A DNA stretch of 22,219 nt, taken from IMG/VR virus record IMGVR_UViG_2671181139_000006. The stretch is one strand, 5' to 3'. Shown one piece after another: positions 7,967-16,560 of this stretch. Source of the stretch: an uncultured virus (IMG/VR IMGVR_UViG_2671181139_000006) (Duplodnaviria; Heunggongvirae; Uroviricota; Caudoviricetes). A program made the translations under genes and the position numbers. The stretch's first letter is position 1. Each line of letters begins with the position of its first letter. The notes below the pieces were generated by a model. It searched no databases. It was given only the letters and a program-made list of their open reading frames with translations, and was not told where the DNA came from.

Positions 7967-8521
7967 CTACACTTTCATATCTTTGTAAGTTTTTCTTTTG
8001 TAGGCTTCAACTGCTTTGCCTGCTTCATCAATTGCCGAATCAATTGCTAAAGTCATCAATGTTTCATAAGGCTTCCATGTCTTGCGGTAGCACTCTATGT
8101 TCATCTGATGGCTCTTAAGACCTGCATAAGCCAAGCGCCCTTTAGCTGTGTAATGTTCTTCTAACTCTGGATTTAATGCGAAGTCTAATACTAGGCGAGC
8201 AATCAACCATGCTAGGTGATATATAGCGACATGTTCAGGCTCTCGCTTCTTATCAACTGCGGCATTTTGAACCATGATCTTCGCCAAATGATTACGTACA
8301 TACTCATAATCACTTTCCGACTTGCCTTCAAAAATAATCAGTGCTGTGACTGACTTTGCTAACTGGGTATCCATTGAAGCAATAGCACCCAAGCGGTCTT
8401 GATAGTTCAATGGTTTCTCTCCTGTTCCGCGAATCACTGGCTCAATACTTGGTGAACTCGCAGTTAAACCATGAGTCAACCATTCAAAACGTTCAAACTT
8501 CTCAACTGCTACTGCATTCAT
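7967..8521 (-). CDS. Putative late regulator/antiterminator (Q-like)
   Basis: 184 aa; last gene of the nin-like block, after the phosphatase as in lambda; followed by promoter and terminator. Function inferred from synteny. Confidence 0.62.
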   Translation of the reverse strand: MNAVAVEKFERFEWLTHGLTASSPSIEPVIRGTGEKPLNYQDRLGAIASMDTQLAKSVTALIIFEGKSESDYEYVRNHLAKIMVQNAAVDKKREPEHVAIYHLAWLIARLVLDFALNPELEEHYTAKGRLAYAGLKSHQMNIECYRKTWKPYETLMTLAIDSAIDEAGKAVEAYKRKTYKDMKV

Positions 8522-8531
8522 ACCGTCACCC

Positions 8532-9206
8532 TCAAATAGTTTCTAAATCTAAGATTGTTATAGTTCCCCAATGAACTGCACCGGTATCAATCCAATAGCA
8601 GTTATCACGCTTACATGGCTTTTGAGTTACTGTGTGCCCCATAATCACTGCATCCACACCATTTACATGTGTGTATTGCTGATTGTCAGTATCAAGACGC
8701 TCTCGGCCCCACATCGCTAAATCTGATGGAGCGCGGTTTTTAGATGGCTGACTAAACGAGTCCTTAAACTCATTCCAATCATTCTGTTCGATATGCCCAT
8801 GCACAATTCCGATCTTTTTACCCTTATGGTTTATCTCCAAAACAACTGGTAGTTCAGAGAAGACTTTTGCAATGTTGCACATGGCTTGCCCATCAAGCAT
8901 GTAGAACCACTCACCACCATTGTCTATGTGGCAACGCTTATATGACTGATCATGCAGACCACCAATGCATAGATCTTCATGATTGCCACGAACTGATGTG
9001 AACCATGGCTTAGAAAGCAACTCGATACATTCAAGATTCTGTGCACCACGATCAATGAGATCACCCACTGCAACCAAAAGGTCGTTTTCAAAGTCGAATT
9101 CAATTTCTTTGAGGCGATTCATTAGCAAGTTGTAGCAGCCGTGAATATCACCAACTGCGTACAGCTTGCCTTTAATTTCTTTATCCCAGACCTTCACTAA
9201 TCCCAT
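8532..9206 (-). CDS. ninI: Ser/Thr protein phosphatase, lambda NinI-like metallophosphoesterase
   Basis: GDIHG, GDLIDRG, RGNHE, MGHT and IDTGAV motifs. Confidence 0.93.
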   Translation of the reverse strand: MGLVKVWDKEIKGKLYAVGDIHGCYNLLMNRLKEIEFDFENDLLVAVGDLIDRGAQNLECIELLSKPWFTSVRGNHEDLCIGGLHDQSYKRCHIDNGGEWFYMLDGQAMCNIAKVFSELPVVLEINHKGKKIGIVHGHIEQNDWNEFKDSFSQPSKNRAPSDLAMWGRERLDTDNQQYTHVNGVDAVIMGHTVTQKPCKRDNCYWIDTGAVHWGTITILDLETI

Positions 9207-9499
9207 CACGCCACCTCAAACTTACTAATCACTTGAAGCGCTTCGTCTATGCTCTCAACCACAAAGACTTTGCCGCGCCATGATTCATGCCATTCGATTT
9301 GATCAGGAGTAAGCTTTCTATCTGACTTGAACTTCTGACCATCTTTAATTTCCATTAAGTAGTTTGTGCCTCTAAACCCTACAAGCAGATCCGGACATCC
9401 TTTTCCAGTTGAAGCAAGCGACTGAACACTTGCCCCAACTTGGCGTAGAGCTTTGACAATCTCGTTTTGATTTGCATCAATTCTTGCTGCTCTACGCAT
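9206..9499 (-). CDS. VRR-NUC / PD-(D/E)XK nuclease (putative junction resolvase)
   Basis: GCPDLLV...MEIKDG...LTPDQIEW. Confidence 0.85.
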   Translation of the reverse strand: MRRAARIDANQNEIVKALRQVGASVQSLASTGKGCPDLLVGFRGTNYLMEIKDGQKFKSDRKLTPDQIEWHESWRGKVFVVESIDEALQVISKFEVA

Positions 9500-9750
9500 T
9501 ACTTAAGAAGCTCCTGAATTTGACGTTGTGCATATTCAATTCCATCAGCAAATCCTTGAGCATGCATATCAGCAGTGTTCTTCCACTCCGCCCATTTCTC
9601 GTTAAACAACTCATCGAAATGGTTGTCTAACTTGATTAACTTCTGCTTGATGTGCTTATTCACATCCTTTGCAATTGTTGGTGTATAACCTCCACGCTTA
9701 GCATTCTTAATCTGCTTCGCGTAGTTTTGAGCCTCTTTGAATGTGGTCAT
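9499..9750 (-). CDS. Hypothetical 83-aa protein
   Basis: Start revised to MTTFKEAQ; ATGA overlap upstream and TAATG overlap downstream. Confidence 0.72.
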   Translation of the reverse strand: MTTFKEAQNYAKQIKNAKRGGYTPTIAKDVNKHIKQKLIKLDNHFDELFNEKWAEWKNTADMHAQGFADGIEYAQRQIQELLK

Positions 9751-10379
9751 TTGACATACTCCGTAATTAAGCGGATAACCAAAACCATAGTTAAAGTCGC
9801 TGCTATTACTCCCCAAGCAAAAAAGAATCCTCTGCCAAACCACTCCATAATTGCAGGTGTTGAAAGCTCACCGTTGTACCAACGCCATGCATACTTAATT
9901 GATACGAATAGCGCTGCACCGTAGATAATTGCTATCGCAAAGTCTTTCATCCTTCCCCCCTTGAGCGCTTGCTCTCCCATCAATTCATACTTGTTTGCGC
10001 CACATCCAAAGCAATGTAGAAGTGCATAACCATCTTTATCAGAACGTATTGCCTGCAATGGCTCCTTGCCACATTGACCACACATTCCATTTATCATCGC
10101 CGCAATAGATTTCCCTTTCCATCCACCTAATTCTTGCTCAAGGAATTGCACCCGCTTTTGCAGCTCCTCCACTTTCGCTTGCTGTTCTGCAATCGTGGTC
10201 TTTTCCAAGAACTCCCAAGCACAGTTGAAATAAGTTCTGTACTCTTCTTTGCTTGCCTTTTGGTTCTCTAAAATTCGAACAAGAATCTTCTCCTCGCCCG
10301 CTGCCATGAACGCTTCAATGAACTTCTCTTGAAATCCATTGAAGAACTTTTCAAACATGTCTGTTTTATTAATATCCAT
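9747..10379 (-). CDS. Apparent fusion of a coiled-coil/zinc-finger protein with a two-TM membrane protein (internal ATG at 9950)
   Basis: QQAKVEELQKR coil, CGQC...CFGC, then G6 run and MKDFAIAIIYGAALFV...FFFAWGVIAATLTMVLVI. Confidence 0.7.
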   Translation of the reverse strand: MDINKTDMFEKFFNGFQEKFIEAFMAAGEEKILVRILENQKASKEEYRTYFNCAWEFLEKTTIAEQQAKVEELQKRVQFLEQELGGWKGKSIAAMINGMCGQCGKEPLQAIRSDKDGYALLHCFGCGANKYELMGEQALKGGRMKDFAIAIIYGAALFVSIKYAWRWYNGELSTPAIMEWFGRGFFFAWGVIAATLTMVLVIRLITEYVK

Positions 10380-10380
10380 C

Positions 10381-10698
10381 TCAAACATCCTTTGATTTAC
10401 ACAGCGGGCTGATGCGGTTTTCTATGGGGAAGTCGTCGCCCATATCGTTGTCAATGCGGTGGCTTGCTGCTATTACCTTCAATTCCTCTATTGAAACTAC
10501 CTTTCCATACTTACCTTTATATTTCTCAATTCCACGGTGGCTCCATGAAATATGCTTGCAATCACTTGGAAGAAATAACACCTTCACATTCGGGATGTAC
10601 TTAAACTCAAGTCCGTTGTAGTAGCCCATTGATTCAGCTAAGGCCATTACGCTGTTGAAGTCTGATTCGTTGTTAACAGCGACTTTAAACTCACTCAT
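10381..10698 (-). CDS. Hypothetical 105-aa protein
   Basis: Start revised to MSEFKV (SD AAGGAG). Confidence 0.75.
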   Translation of the reverse strand: MSEFKVAVNNESDFNSVMALAESMGYYNGLEFKYIPNVKVLFLPSDCKHISWSHRGIEKYKGKYGKVVSIEELKVIAASHRIDNDMGDDFPIENRISPLCKSKDV

Positions 10699-10858
10699 GG
10701 CTAGCTCCTTTTTCCACAACATCTAATTCAATGATTTTGTATGGAGTTCCACTTATCGTGAATGTCTCACCCTTCTTTGATAAATCGACAACTTCATTCC
10801 AGCAGAAGGCGAATCCAGCAATAAAACTTATCAGTCCGATCAAAAGATTTTTACTCAT
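10691..10858 (-). CDS. 55-aa protein with N-terminal hydrophobic segment (not in the ORF track)
   Basis: MSKNLLIGLISFIAGFAFCWNEVVDLSKKGETFTISGTPYKIIELDVVEKGASHE; fills the gap with 8-nt overlaps at both ends. Confidence 0.75.
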   Translation of the reverse strand: MSKNLLIGLISFIAGFAFCWNEVVDLSKKGETFTISGTPYKIIELDVVEKGASHE

Positions 10859-11108
10859 CCCCGCCTCCGTATATTGATTCGTGGTCTTTGATCAAAGCTT
10901 TCATTCGTTCGCCATGACATGAACCGTTATCTCTAAATTTGCGTTTAACTTCGGATAGGCCACCCATATGGGTAATAAGATCAAGTGACGCAATCAACTG
11001 CTTAAGCTGGTTCTCCCAAGGCAATATGTCACCTTCACTTTCAGCAAGTGCTACATACTTTCTGGAATACTCAATACCCCACTCACGAATAAACTGTTCT
11101 GGTTTCAT
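10851..11108 (-). CDS. Hypothetical 85-aa protein
   Basis: SD GGAGG; ATGA overlap. Confidence 0.78.
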   Translation of the reverse strand: MKPEQFIREWGIEYSRKYVALAESEGDILPWENQLKQLIASLDLITHMGGLSEVKRKFRDNGSCHGERMKALIKDHESIYGGGDE

Positions 11109-11419
11109 ACCGCCTCCTTGTCATGTCCTGTCATGATCTCTTCGCGCAGGCCATAAAGCTCAATCCCTTTGTCATCGCCTAGTGGCATAAGACACTCCCG
11201 AGCTGTTAGATTAACTTCTGATCGGCAAACTACTCCAAACATGTTTTTACCTAGCGCAGTCGGATCACTGTGTTTAACTCGCCAAAAGTCATAAACTTTT
11301 CCATCATGCGGTGAAGTTCTTGGGCCAACATGTTCAAGTAGAGTCACCACTCTTCCTATGTTCTCTTCATATTTAGACTTAACTACAAAAGCCAAACCGC
11401 CTACCTGTAATCTGCTCAT
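11105..11419 (-). CDS. Hypothetical 104-aa protein
   Basis: ATGA overlaps at both ends. Confidence 0.75.
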   Translation of the reverse strand: MSRLQVGGLAFVVKSKYEENIGRVVTLLEHVGPRTSPHDGKVYDFWRVKHSDPTALGKNMFGVVCRSEVNLTARECLMPLGDDKGIELYGLREEIMTGHDKEAV

Positions 11420-11886
11420 GCCGCTTTCCCCTTATACAAACAATTAGCCACTGCCCAAGCATCAAGACAGGTATCGCCTTTGAACTCTTCATCCATCATT
11501 GACAGCCACTCTTCCTTGGCGCCTTTCCAACCTTTGGTTTTGAGTCCTTGCCCTTTGTTCACATAGCAATCTGAATAACCATTAATGAACTCTGATAGCT
11601 TCATAGGTGTATCGATACGGAAGCCACGCTCTACAATTCCTTCCTCGCCTGAATCCTTCTTGATCTTTGCGAAGAAAGTCACACCATAAGTCTGGTGGTT
11701 CGGAATAGTTCCAAACTGCAAAGCTGTAAGTAACGAACCTTGGTAAATCTTCATAAGAACTGGTAAAGGCAACTGCCCGCTTGTATCACCTGATTGCTTT
11801 TCGTATTGCTCTACGATTTCAACTGCATTGAATACATTCCAAGAGAGTTGATAGTGCTGAGCTTTATTATGTTTACGCTTGCGCAT
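11416..11886 (-). CDS. Hypothetical 156-aa protein
   Basis: Start revised to MRKRKHNK (SD AAGGAG). Confidence 0.78.
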   Translation of the reverse strand: MRKRKHNKAQHYQLSWNVFNAVEIVEQYEKQSGDTSGQLPLPVLMKIYQGSLLTALQFGTIPNHQTYGVTFFAKIKKDSGEEGIVERGFRIDTPMKLSEFINGYSDCYVNKGQGLKTKGWKGAKEEWLSMMDEEFKGDTCLDAWAVANCLYKGKAA

Positions 11887-12259
11887 GCATACGCTCCTTG
11901 TAACGACGGTTGCACTCATTCACGCAGTGAAGGCATTTATTTGAAGAGACATAACGCTTAGTAGATTTACATCTAGTGCAAGCCATCCCGTCATAGTGAA
12001 GAAGTCCAGCCTGCTTAGCCTCAAAACGAGCTTTAAGGTGTGGGTTAGCTTTCTGAGCCTTAGCCTGTGCCACTGAGTTAGACATCATGCGTCTCATGAC
12101 ATCCTGTGCAGTCTTCTTAGTCGCATTGTTGAATGCTTTGTTATGCGTACTCTCACCACGACCTAGAACAGTAATTTGATTGCCCTGCTCAACCCATGCA
12201 GCAATCTCTGCGCTAAAGTCTTGCTTGATGTACATATTTGGAGTCATTGATTCGATCAT
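11873..12259 (-). CDS. Hypothetical protein with C-terminal zinc ribbon
   Basis: Start revised to MIESMT (ATGA overlap, SD GGGGAG); CTRC...RY...CLHC. Confidence 0.75.
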   Translation of the reverse strand: MIESMTPNMYIKQDFSAEIAAWVEQGNQITVLGRGESTHNKAFNNATKKTAQDVMRRMMSNSVAQAKAQKANPHLKARFEAKQAGLLHYDGMACTRCKSTKRYVSSNKCLHCVNECNRRYKERMHAQA

Positions 12260-12513
12260 GCTACTAGCTCCCCTTTTACATTTAGGATGTCTTTTGCGTA
12301 TTGAGTTGCCTTGTAATGATTTTTCCCAACACGTTCGAAATATTTCCATTCAATAAATTTTTGAAGATTGCTGTAGATGGTCCCTCTATTGAAATCAAAC
12401 ACTGATTCCTTCACGTCTTTGACACTGAAAGGCGCAGTCGCATGACAACCGAACATGAGCAAGCTAAGCTGGTCATCAAAGTTCAATTTCTTAGTTCTAT
12501 TTAATGTTTTCAT
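12256..12513 (-). CDS. Small putative winged-helix DNA-binding protein
   Basis: PFSVKDV...NRGTIYSNLQKF...ERVGKNHYKAT pattern; coupled to dnaB. Confidence 0.65.
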   Translation of the reverse strand: MKTLNRTKKLNFDDQLSLLMFGCHATAPFSVKDVKESVFDFNRGTIYSNLQKFIEWKYFERVGKNHYKATQYAKDILNVKGELVA

Positions 12514-13826
12514 GCAGCCATTCCTTCTTCTCGGATAGTCACAAAACGGCAGATATCTAAGCGGTCCATAACTCGAACTACGCCTTTCTTGCCATGACGA
12601 TTTTTAGCAACGATTAATTCAGTGACACCTGATGGCAGGTCGTCTTCACCTATGATTGGATTCGCTAGGATGATTTGATCTGCATCTTGTTCGATCTGAC
12701 CTGATTCTTTTAGATCTGATGCTTTAGGGCGCTTGCCTTTCTCAGACTCACGGTTAAGCTGTGCTAATGCGATAACTGGGCAATCAAACTCTTTAGCAAG
12801 TGCTTTTAAATCACGGCTAATTGAACTTACTTCCTGGTAACGGTCTTTCTTACTTGGATCACGAACCAACTGAAGGTAATCAATTACGATACAGCCAAGT
12901 TTCTTGTACTTACGTTTCGCTTTACGAGCCCAAGAATGTATTTCTGCAATTGTCGGCTTTTGCTTGTCTTCGATATGGATTGGCAAAGAACTGAATCGTC
13001 TTTGAGCATCTGCAAATTGAGCCAACATCCCATCAAATAATTCAGCGTTATGAATGTTGTCATAAGGAATTTTGGTTAATGCTGAGATGCAGCGGTTTGT
13101 GAATGTCTCTACATCCATTTCGGCAGATACAACCAGGACAGGCTCGTTGTATTGCACAGCTGTTTGAATTACCAACATTTGAGCAAGAGTTGATTTACCT
13201 GAACCGGGACGACCACCAACGATGCAGAAGTGTCCTTTTTGAATTAATCCAACCAGGTTATCGAGGTGAGTTAGGTTGAACTTTACGCCTGTGTATTGCT
13301 TGTTAGCTTTAGCCTCAGCCTTTTGGATTAAACGATCTGTAGCACGGTTCATAGCCTCTTCAAAAGTGAAGCTAGTTTTCTCAACATCGTTTGAGGTTTT
13401 CTTACCATCCAGAATGCTTTCTGCCGCAATGTGAACGTCCGGAATTGTTAAGTCTTTAGCAATCTCAGCAATGCTTTGCCCGATATGCTCAACTTCACGG
13501 TGTGCCTTGAATTTGTTTAGCTCAGCAACATAAGACTCCAGATTATAAAAACTTGAAGGTGCATCACTGCACATTTGAAGTAAGTATTCAGAGCCGCCCA
13601 TCAAATGAATTACGTTGTTTTGTTTAAGCTGCTGCTCAACCATAACGAAATCATATGGCTTGTTTTCATTCGCAAGGTCGGCAATTGCCTGGAAGATTTG
13701 CTTGTGGCGCTCCGGAAAGAAACACTCAACATCAAGATCGTTACTTACAACGTCAAATGATTTGTCTACTGTCATCAATGCTGTAAGAACTGCTTGTTCC
13801 ATAGGGATGTTATGAATATTCGACAT
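12510..13826 (-). CDS. dnaB: Replicative DNA helicase, DnaB family
   Basis: GGRPGSGKS, IVIDYLQL, AQLNR, SDLKESGQIEQDAD, AKNRHG; TAATG coupling to the initiator gene. Confidence 0.96.
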   Translation of the reverse strand: MSNIHNIPMEQAVLTALMTVDKSFDVVSNDLDVECFFPERHKQIFQAIADLANENKPYDFVMVEQQLKQNNVIHLMGGSEYLLQMCSDAPSSFYNLESYVAELNKFKAHREVEHIGQSIAEIAKDLTIPDVHIAAESILDGKKTSNDVEKTSFTFEEAMNRATDRLIQKAEAKANKQYTGVKFNLTHLDNLVGLIQKGHFCIVGGRPGSGKSTLAQMLVIQTAVQYNEPVLVVSAEMDVETFTNRCISALTKIPYDNIHNAELFDGMLAQFADAQRRFSSLPIHIEDKQKPTIAEIHSWARKAKRKYKKLGCIVIDYLQLVRDPSKKDRYQEVSSISRDLKALAKEFDCPVIALAQLNRESEKGKRPKASDLKESGQIEQDADQIILANPIIGEDDLPSGVTELIVAKNRHGKKGVVRVMDRLDICRFVTIREEGMAA

Positions 13827-14650
13827 TACCAATCCCCCATATCTGCTTTGAGTTCAGAAGGATTGATGTTTTGTACAACACCACTAGCTTGTTGGAATAA
13901 ACGCTCTACAAGCTTGTAGTCACGCTTAACCCACTTCACAAAGTTTGAATACATCTGGTTGCTTGTAACTGCACCAGTATGGATTTTGCTTTCGTAGTGA
14001 GGATTGATTTCAAGAAGTAATTCTTCAACTTGAGCTTGATTGATTTTTGGTAAACCTGATCTTTGCATCCAAGAATTCAATTGTTGTAAATCTGGTTTCC
14101 AGATATTCAGAACTTCATCAACTGGATTTTCTTGTGTGCTCTCCTCTCTATAAATATTGTTATATAATTCTATTGTGTCTTTAGTTTCTAAAGTGCTGGC
14201 GCTTTCGTTAGTAAAGTGCTCGCGCTTTACTTTCTGTAGTGCTTTAGTTTCTAAAGTGGTACTGTAGTTTTTAAAGTGCTCGACTAATGACACCTCATTA
14301 ATTCTGTATTCATTACCCTTTCTTGAATCAGAACTAACAACAGTTACAACGCCTAAATCGGTTAATTCTTTTAGGCCTTTACGAACTGTAGTAGTGCTTA
14401 GTTTTTTAGAACCTTCAAGCTTGCCGCCCTGCAATTGAGAGTAACTTACAAAATCAGTAGTTTTGTCTTTAAAAACATTGATGCGGTCTTCCAGTTCAGC
14501 ATACACATTACGTGCTGCATCACTAAGAAATGGACGCACATCACTACGATAAAGACGACTAGACATCACATAGCCCTTTTCGAACTTGTCTGTCATCTTG
14601 TCCCTACCTTTTGAAATTGGAATAATTTCAGCCTGCTTCAATGCACCCAT
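13826..14650 (-). CDS. Replication initiator (lambda O-like; N-terminal wHTH, possible DnaT-like C-terminus)
   Basis: LSTTTVRKGLKELTDLGVV HTH, internal iterons, position between cII and the helicase. Confidence 0.85.
   Translation of the reverse strand: MGALKQAEIIPISKGRDKMTDKFEKGYVMSSRLYRSDVRPFLSDAARNVYAELEDRINVFKDKTTDFVSYSQLQGGKLEGSKKLSTTTVRKGLKELTDLGVVTVVSSDSRKGNEYRINEVSLVEHFKNYSTTLETKALQKVKREHFTNESASTLETKDTIELYNNIYREESTQENPVDEVLNIWKPDLQQLNSWMQRSGLPKINQAQVEELLLEINPHYESKIHTGAVTSNQMYSNFVKWVKRDYKLVERLFQQASGVVQNINPSELKADMGDW
14179..14280. repeat. Five 19-bp iterons, probable phage origin
   Basis: CTTTAGTTTCTAAAGTGCT-like units start at 14179, 14202, 14225, 14242 and 14262, next to an AT-rich tract at about 14148-14174. 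Confidence 0.85.
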
Positions 14651-14808
14651 CAAACACCTCTCAATACAAATGCAGCTAAATCAGCTTTCGCTTTAGCCAA
14701 TGCCATAGAGTTTTCGAGAGTTCGATTAAGCACATAAGCCTCAACCGCTTTTTGAAACAAACTAATCTTCCGATTTAGTTCAATGTCTGCTAATATTTGA
14801 TGGTTCAT
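14650..14808 (-). CDS. 52-aa hypothetical protein (not in the ORF track)
   Basis: MNHQILADIELNRKISLFQKAVEAYVLNRTLENSMALAKAKADLAAFVLRGV; SD AAGGTGGA; TGATG coupling to the initiator gene. Confidence 0.8.
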   Translation of the reverse strand: MNHQILADIELNRKISLFQKAVEAYVLNRTLENSMALAKAKADLAAFVLRGV

Positions 14809-14832
14809 TTAATCCACCTTGTTTGAACATTG

Positions 14833-14863
14833 AGCCTGATTTACGAGATCAGGCTTTTTCTTT
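14833..14863 (+). terminator. Antisense-facing terminator over the cII stop (oop-like)
   Basis: AGCCTGAT-TTACGAG-ATCAGGCT followed by TTTTCTTT on the + strand. Confidence 0.7.
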
Positions 14864-15223
14864 ATATCCAAGCTCAAAACACATGCCGAAATCTTCAATG
14901 TCATCTTGAAAAAGATCGTCAATTGTTTGTTTGCTTTCCATCCACGCTTTTGACATCACAAAAAGCGCATTTAGTTTTTCCTCGCTAATCATTCGATATT
15001 TCTTGAGGACAGTCTTAAATCCAAGAATGTCCAACAGCACTAAACAGTTCTCAAGCTCAGTCAAGCCATTGGATTTTCTATCATTTTTCATTCGTGATAA
15101 TGTGCTTGGATCAATCCCCAACTGTTCAGCAACCTGACTTTGATTGCTTGATGCAAGGGCTTGCAAAACTCTAGAAACTTCATTTCTAGCCCTTGCACTC
15201 AATTCGGTTGATACTTTGCTCAT
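14849..15223 (-). CDS. CII-like transcriptional regulator
   Basis: QSQVAEQLGIDPSTLSRMK HTH; directly downstream of cro. Confidence 0.8.
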   Translation of the reverse strand: MSKVSTELSARARNEVSRVLQALASSNQSQVAEQLGIDPSTLSRMKNDRKSNGLTELENCLVLLDILGFKTVLKKYRMISEEKLNALFVMSKAWMESKQTIDDLFQDDIEDFGMCFELGYKEKA

Positions 15224-15233
15224 GGTTTAGTTC

Positions 15234-15434
15234 CTAAGCGGTTAATTGTTTTGAACAATATTTCTTCCATAAGTTTTCTAGTTTTTTTCCTAGATCATAT
15301 GAAAGGCGTTTCCCACATAACCCGCGCTCTAAATCACTAACGTAGTTCTGTGAGCAACCGATTTCTGTGGCTATGAATGTCTGAGTAAGACCCTTTTCCC
15401 TTAACTCAGAGATCATCTTCTGCCATTGATTCAT
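15234..15434 (-). CDS. cro: Cro-like repressor
   Basis: Start revised to MNQWQKM (SD GGAG); GLTQTFIATEIGCSQNYVSDLERG HTH; divergent from cI. Confidence 0.88.
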   Translation of the reverse strand: MNQWQKMISELREKGLTQTFIATEIGCSQNYVSDLERGLCGKRLSYDLGKKLENLWKKYCSKQLTA

Positions 15435-15459
15435 GGGAAGTCTCCGATAATTTTTATTA

Positions 15460-15528
15460 AATATATAGGTTTTCCGATATTTATACAATAGCCAAACCGA
15501 TTGAAATATGTATCAGAATTCCGATAGT
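15460..15528. promoter_or_regulatory. pR / pRM with three oR operators
   Basis: pR on minus strand: TTGTAT-17-TATATT (15488-15460). Operators at 15464-15479, 15487-15502 and 15511-15526. Possible pRM TTGAAA-16-GATAGT (15501-15528). Confidence 0.8.
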
Positions 15529-15535
15529 AGTAACG

Positions 15536-16210
15536 ATGGACAAATTTATGGCTACTTTGGGCGAAAACTTAAAAGCAATTCGCAAAGCTAAGAAAATGAC
15601 TCAAAAAGAACTGGCTATGAAGTCAGGTGTCAAACAGTCTGTAATTTCTGACCTTGAGACAGGTAATGCGAAATCGACAGGCTCTATACTTGAGCTGGCT
15701 ACCGCACTTGGTGTTACCGCAGAAGAGCTAAAAAAAGGAATTGTCAGTAAGTTTGACAATAATGTTGAGCCTATAACTAAAAAACTAATTCCCGTTCTTT
15801 CTTGGGTGCAGGCAGGGACAATGACATCAGTAGAAGCTATCGATCCTAATAAAATAAATGAATGGTTGCCACCACTTAGTGCAGATGATCCAGATGGTTG
15901 TTTTTATTTGAGAGTAGTTGGAGTAAGTAATTCCCCTAGATATGAAGAGGGAGACTACATTTTAGTTAATCCAAACTATCAAGTTTGCGATCTAATCGCT
16001 GATGACCTCATCGTTGTTAGAAATAATTCAGACGCAACCTTTAAGAAGCTTGTAATTGAAAGCGACCAGCGCAAATACTTGCAAGCATTAAACCCCAACT
16101 TCCATCCTAATATTATTGAATTTGAAGATGGTATGGAGCTCGTAGGCTTAGTTATTGATGCATTTAGACCATTAGGCGGATCACGTCCAAAGCGTGTTAG
16201 AAAAAGTTAA
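15536..16210 (+). CDS. cI: CI-like repressor (XRE HTH plus S24 peptidase)
   Basis: MTQKELAMKSGVKQSVISDLETG HTH; VQAG cleavage site; GVSNSP catalytic Ser; ATFKKL catalytic Lys. Alternative start at 15548. Confidence 0.95.
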   Translation: MDKFMATLGENLKAIRKAKKMTQKELAMKSGVKQSVISDLETGNAKSTGSILELATALGVTAEELKKGIVSKFDNNVEPITKKLIPVLSWVQAGTMTSVEAIDPNKINEWLPPLSADDPDGCFYLRVVGVSNSPRYEEGDYILVNPNYQVCDLIADDLIVVRNNSDATFKKLVIESDQRKYLQALNPNFHPNIIEFEDGMELVGLVIDAFRPLGGSRPKRVRKS

Positions 16211-16230
16211 ATTAAGGTTTTAGGTGATAT

Positions 16231-16434
16231 ATGGACAACTCAAAACTACCAATCAACCAGATTATTGCCCGTATTAATGATGCTGCGAAAAATGGAGAGG
16301 CGTTAGTTCTAACTGCTGAGGAAGTGAGAATCCTTTCAAAAGTTATCGGCGATAAGGTCTTTATTCCCGTACTTACAAATGAACAAGTCGTTCAGTTGGC
16401 AAAAGAAGGAAAGTTGGGGCAGAAAATTAAATAA
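16231..16434 (+). CDS. Hypothetical 67-aa protein downstream of cI
   Basis: SD AGGTGA; ATG 20 nt after the cI stop. Confidence 0.8.
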   Translation: MDNSKLPINQIIARINDAAKNGEALVLTAEEVRILSKVIGDKVFIPVLTNEQVVQLAKEGKLGQKIK

Positions 16435-16518
16435 TAAAAAAAGACCGATGATAAGTCGGTCTTTCCATCCAAGTTTCCTAGGCTTGGATTTGCCAATACT
16501 GCCGTATTAGCCGTTGCG
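16434..16518 (-). ncRNA. Candidate structured antisense sRNA (about 85 nt)
   Basis: Minus strand TGT-GATATT extended -10, hairpins at 16492-16511 and 16467-16489, terminator at 16436-16464. Confidence 0.5.
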
Positions 16519-16560
16519 CTCACCAATATCACAAGATAATTGATAGTTTGAGAATAACAT

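Noticed and set aside
15536..16210. Non-cleavable CI (GVSN instead of GDSM)
   Set aside because: The catalytic Ser and Lys and the Ala-Gly cleavage site are all present.
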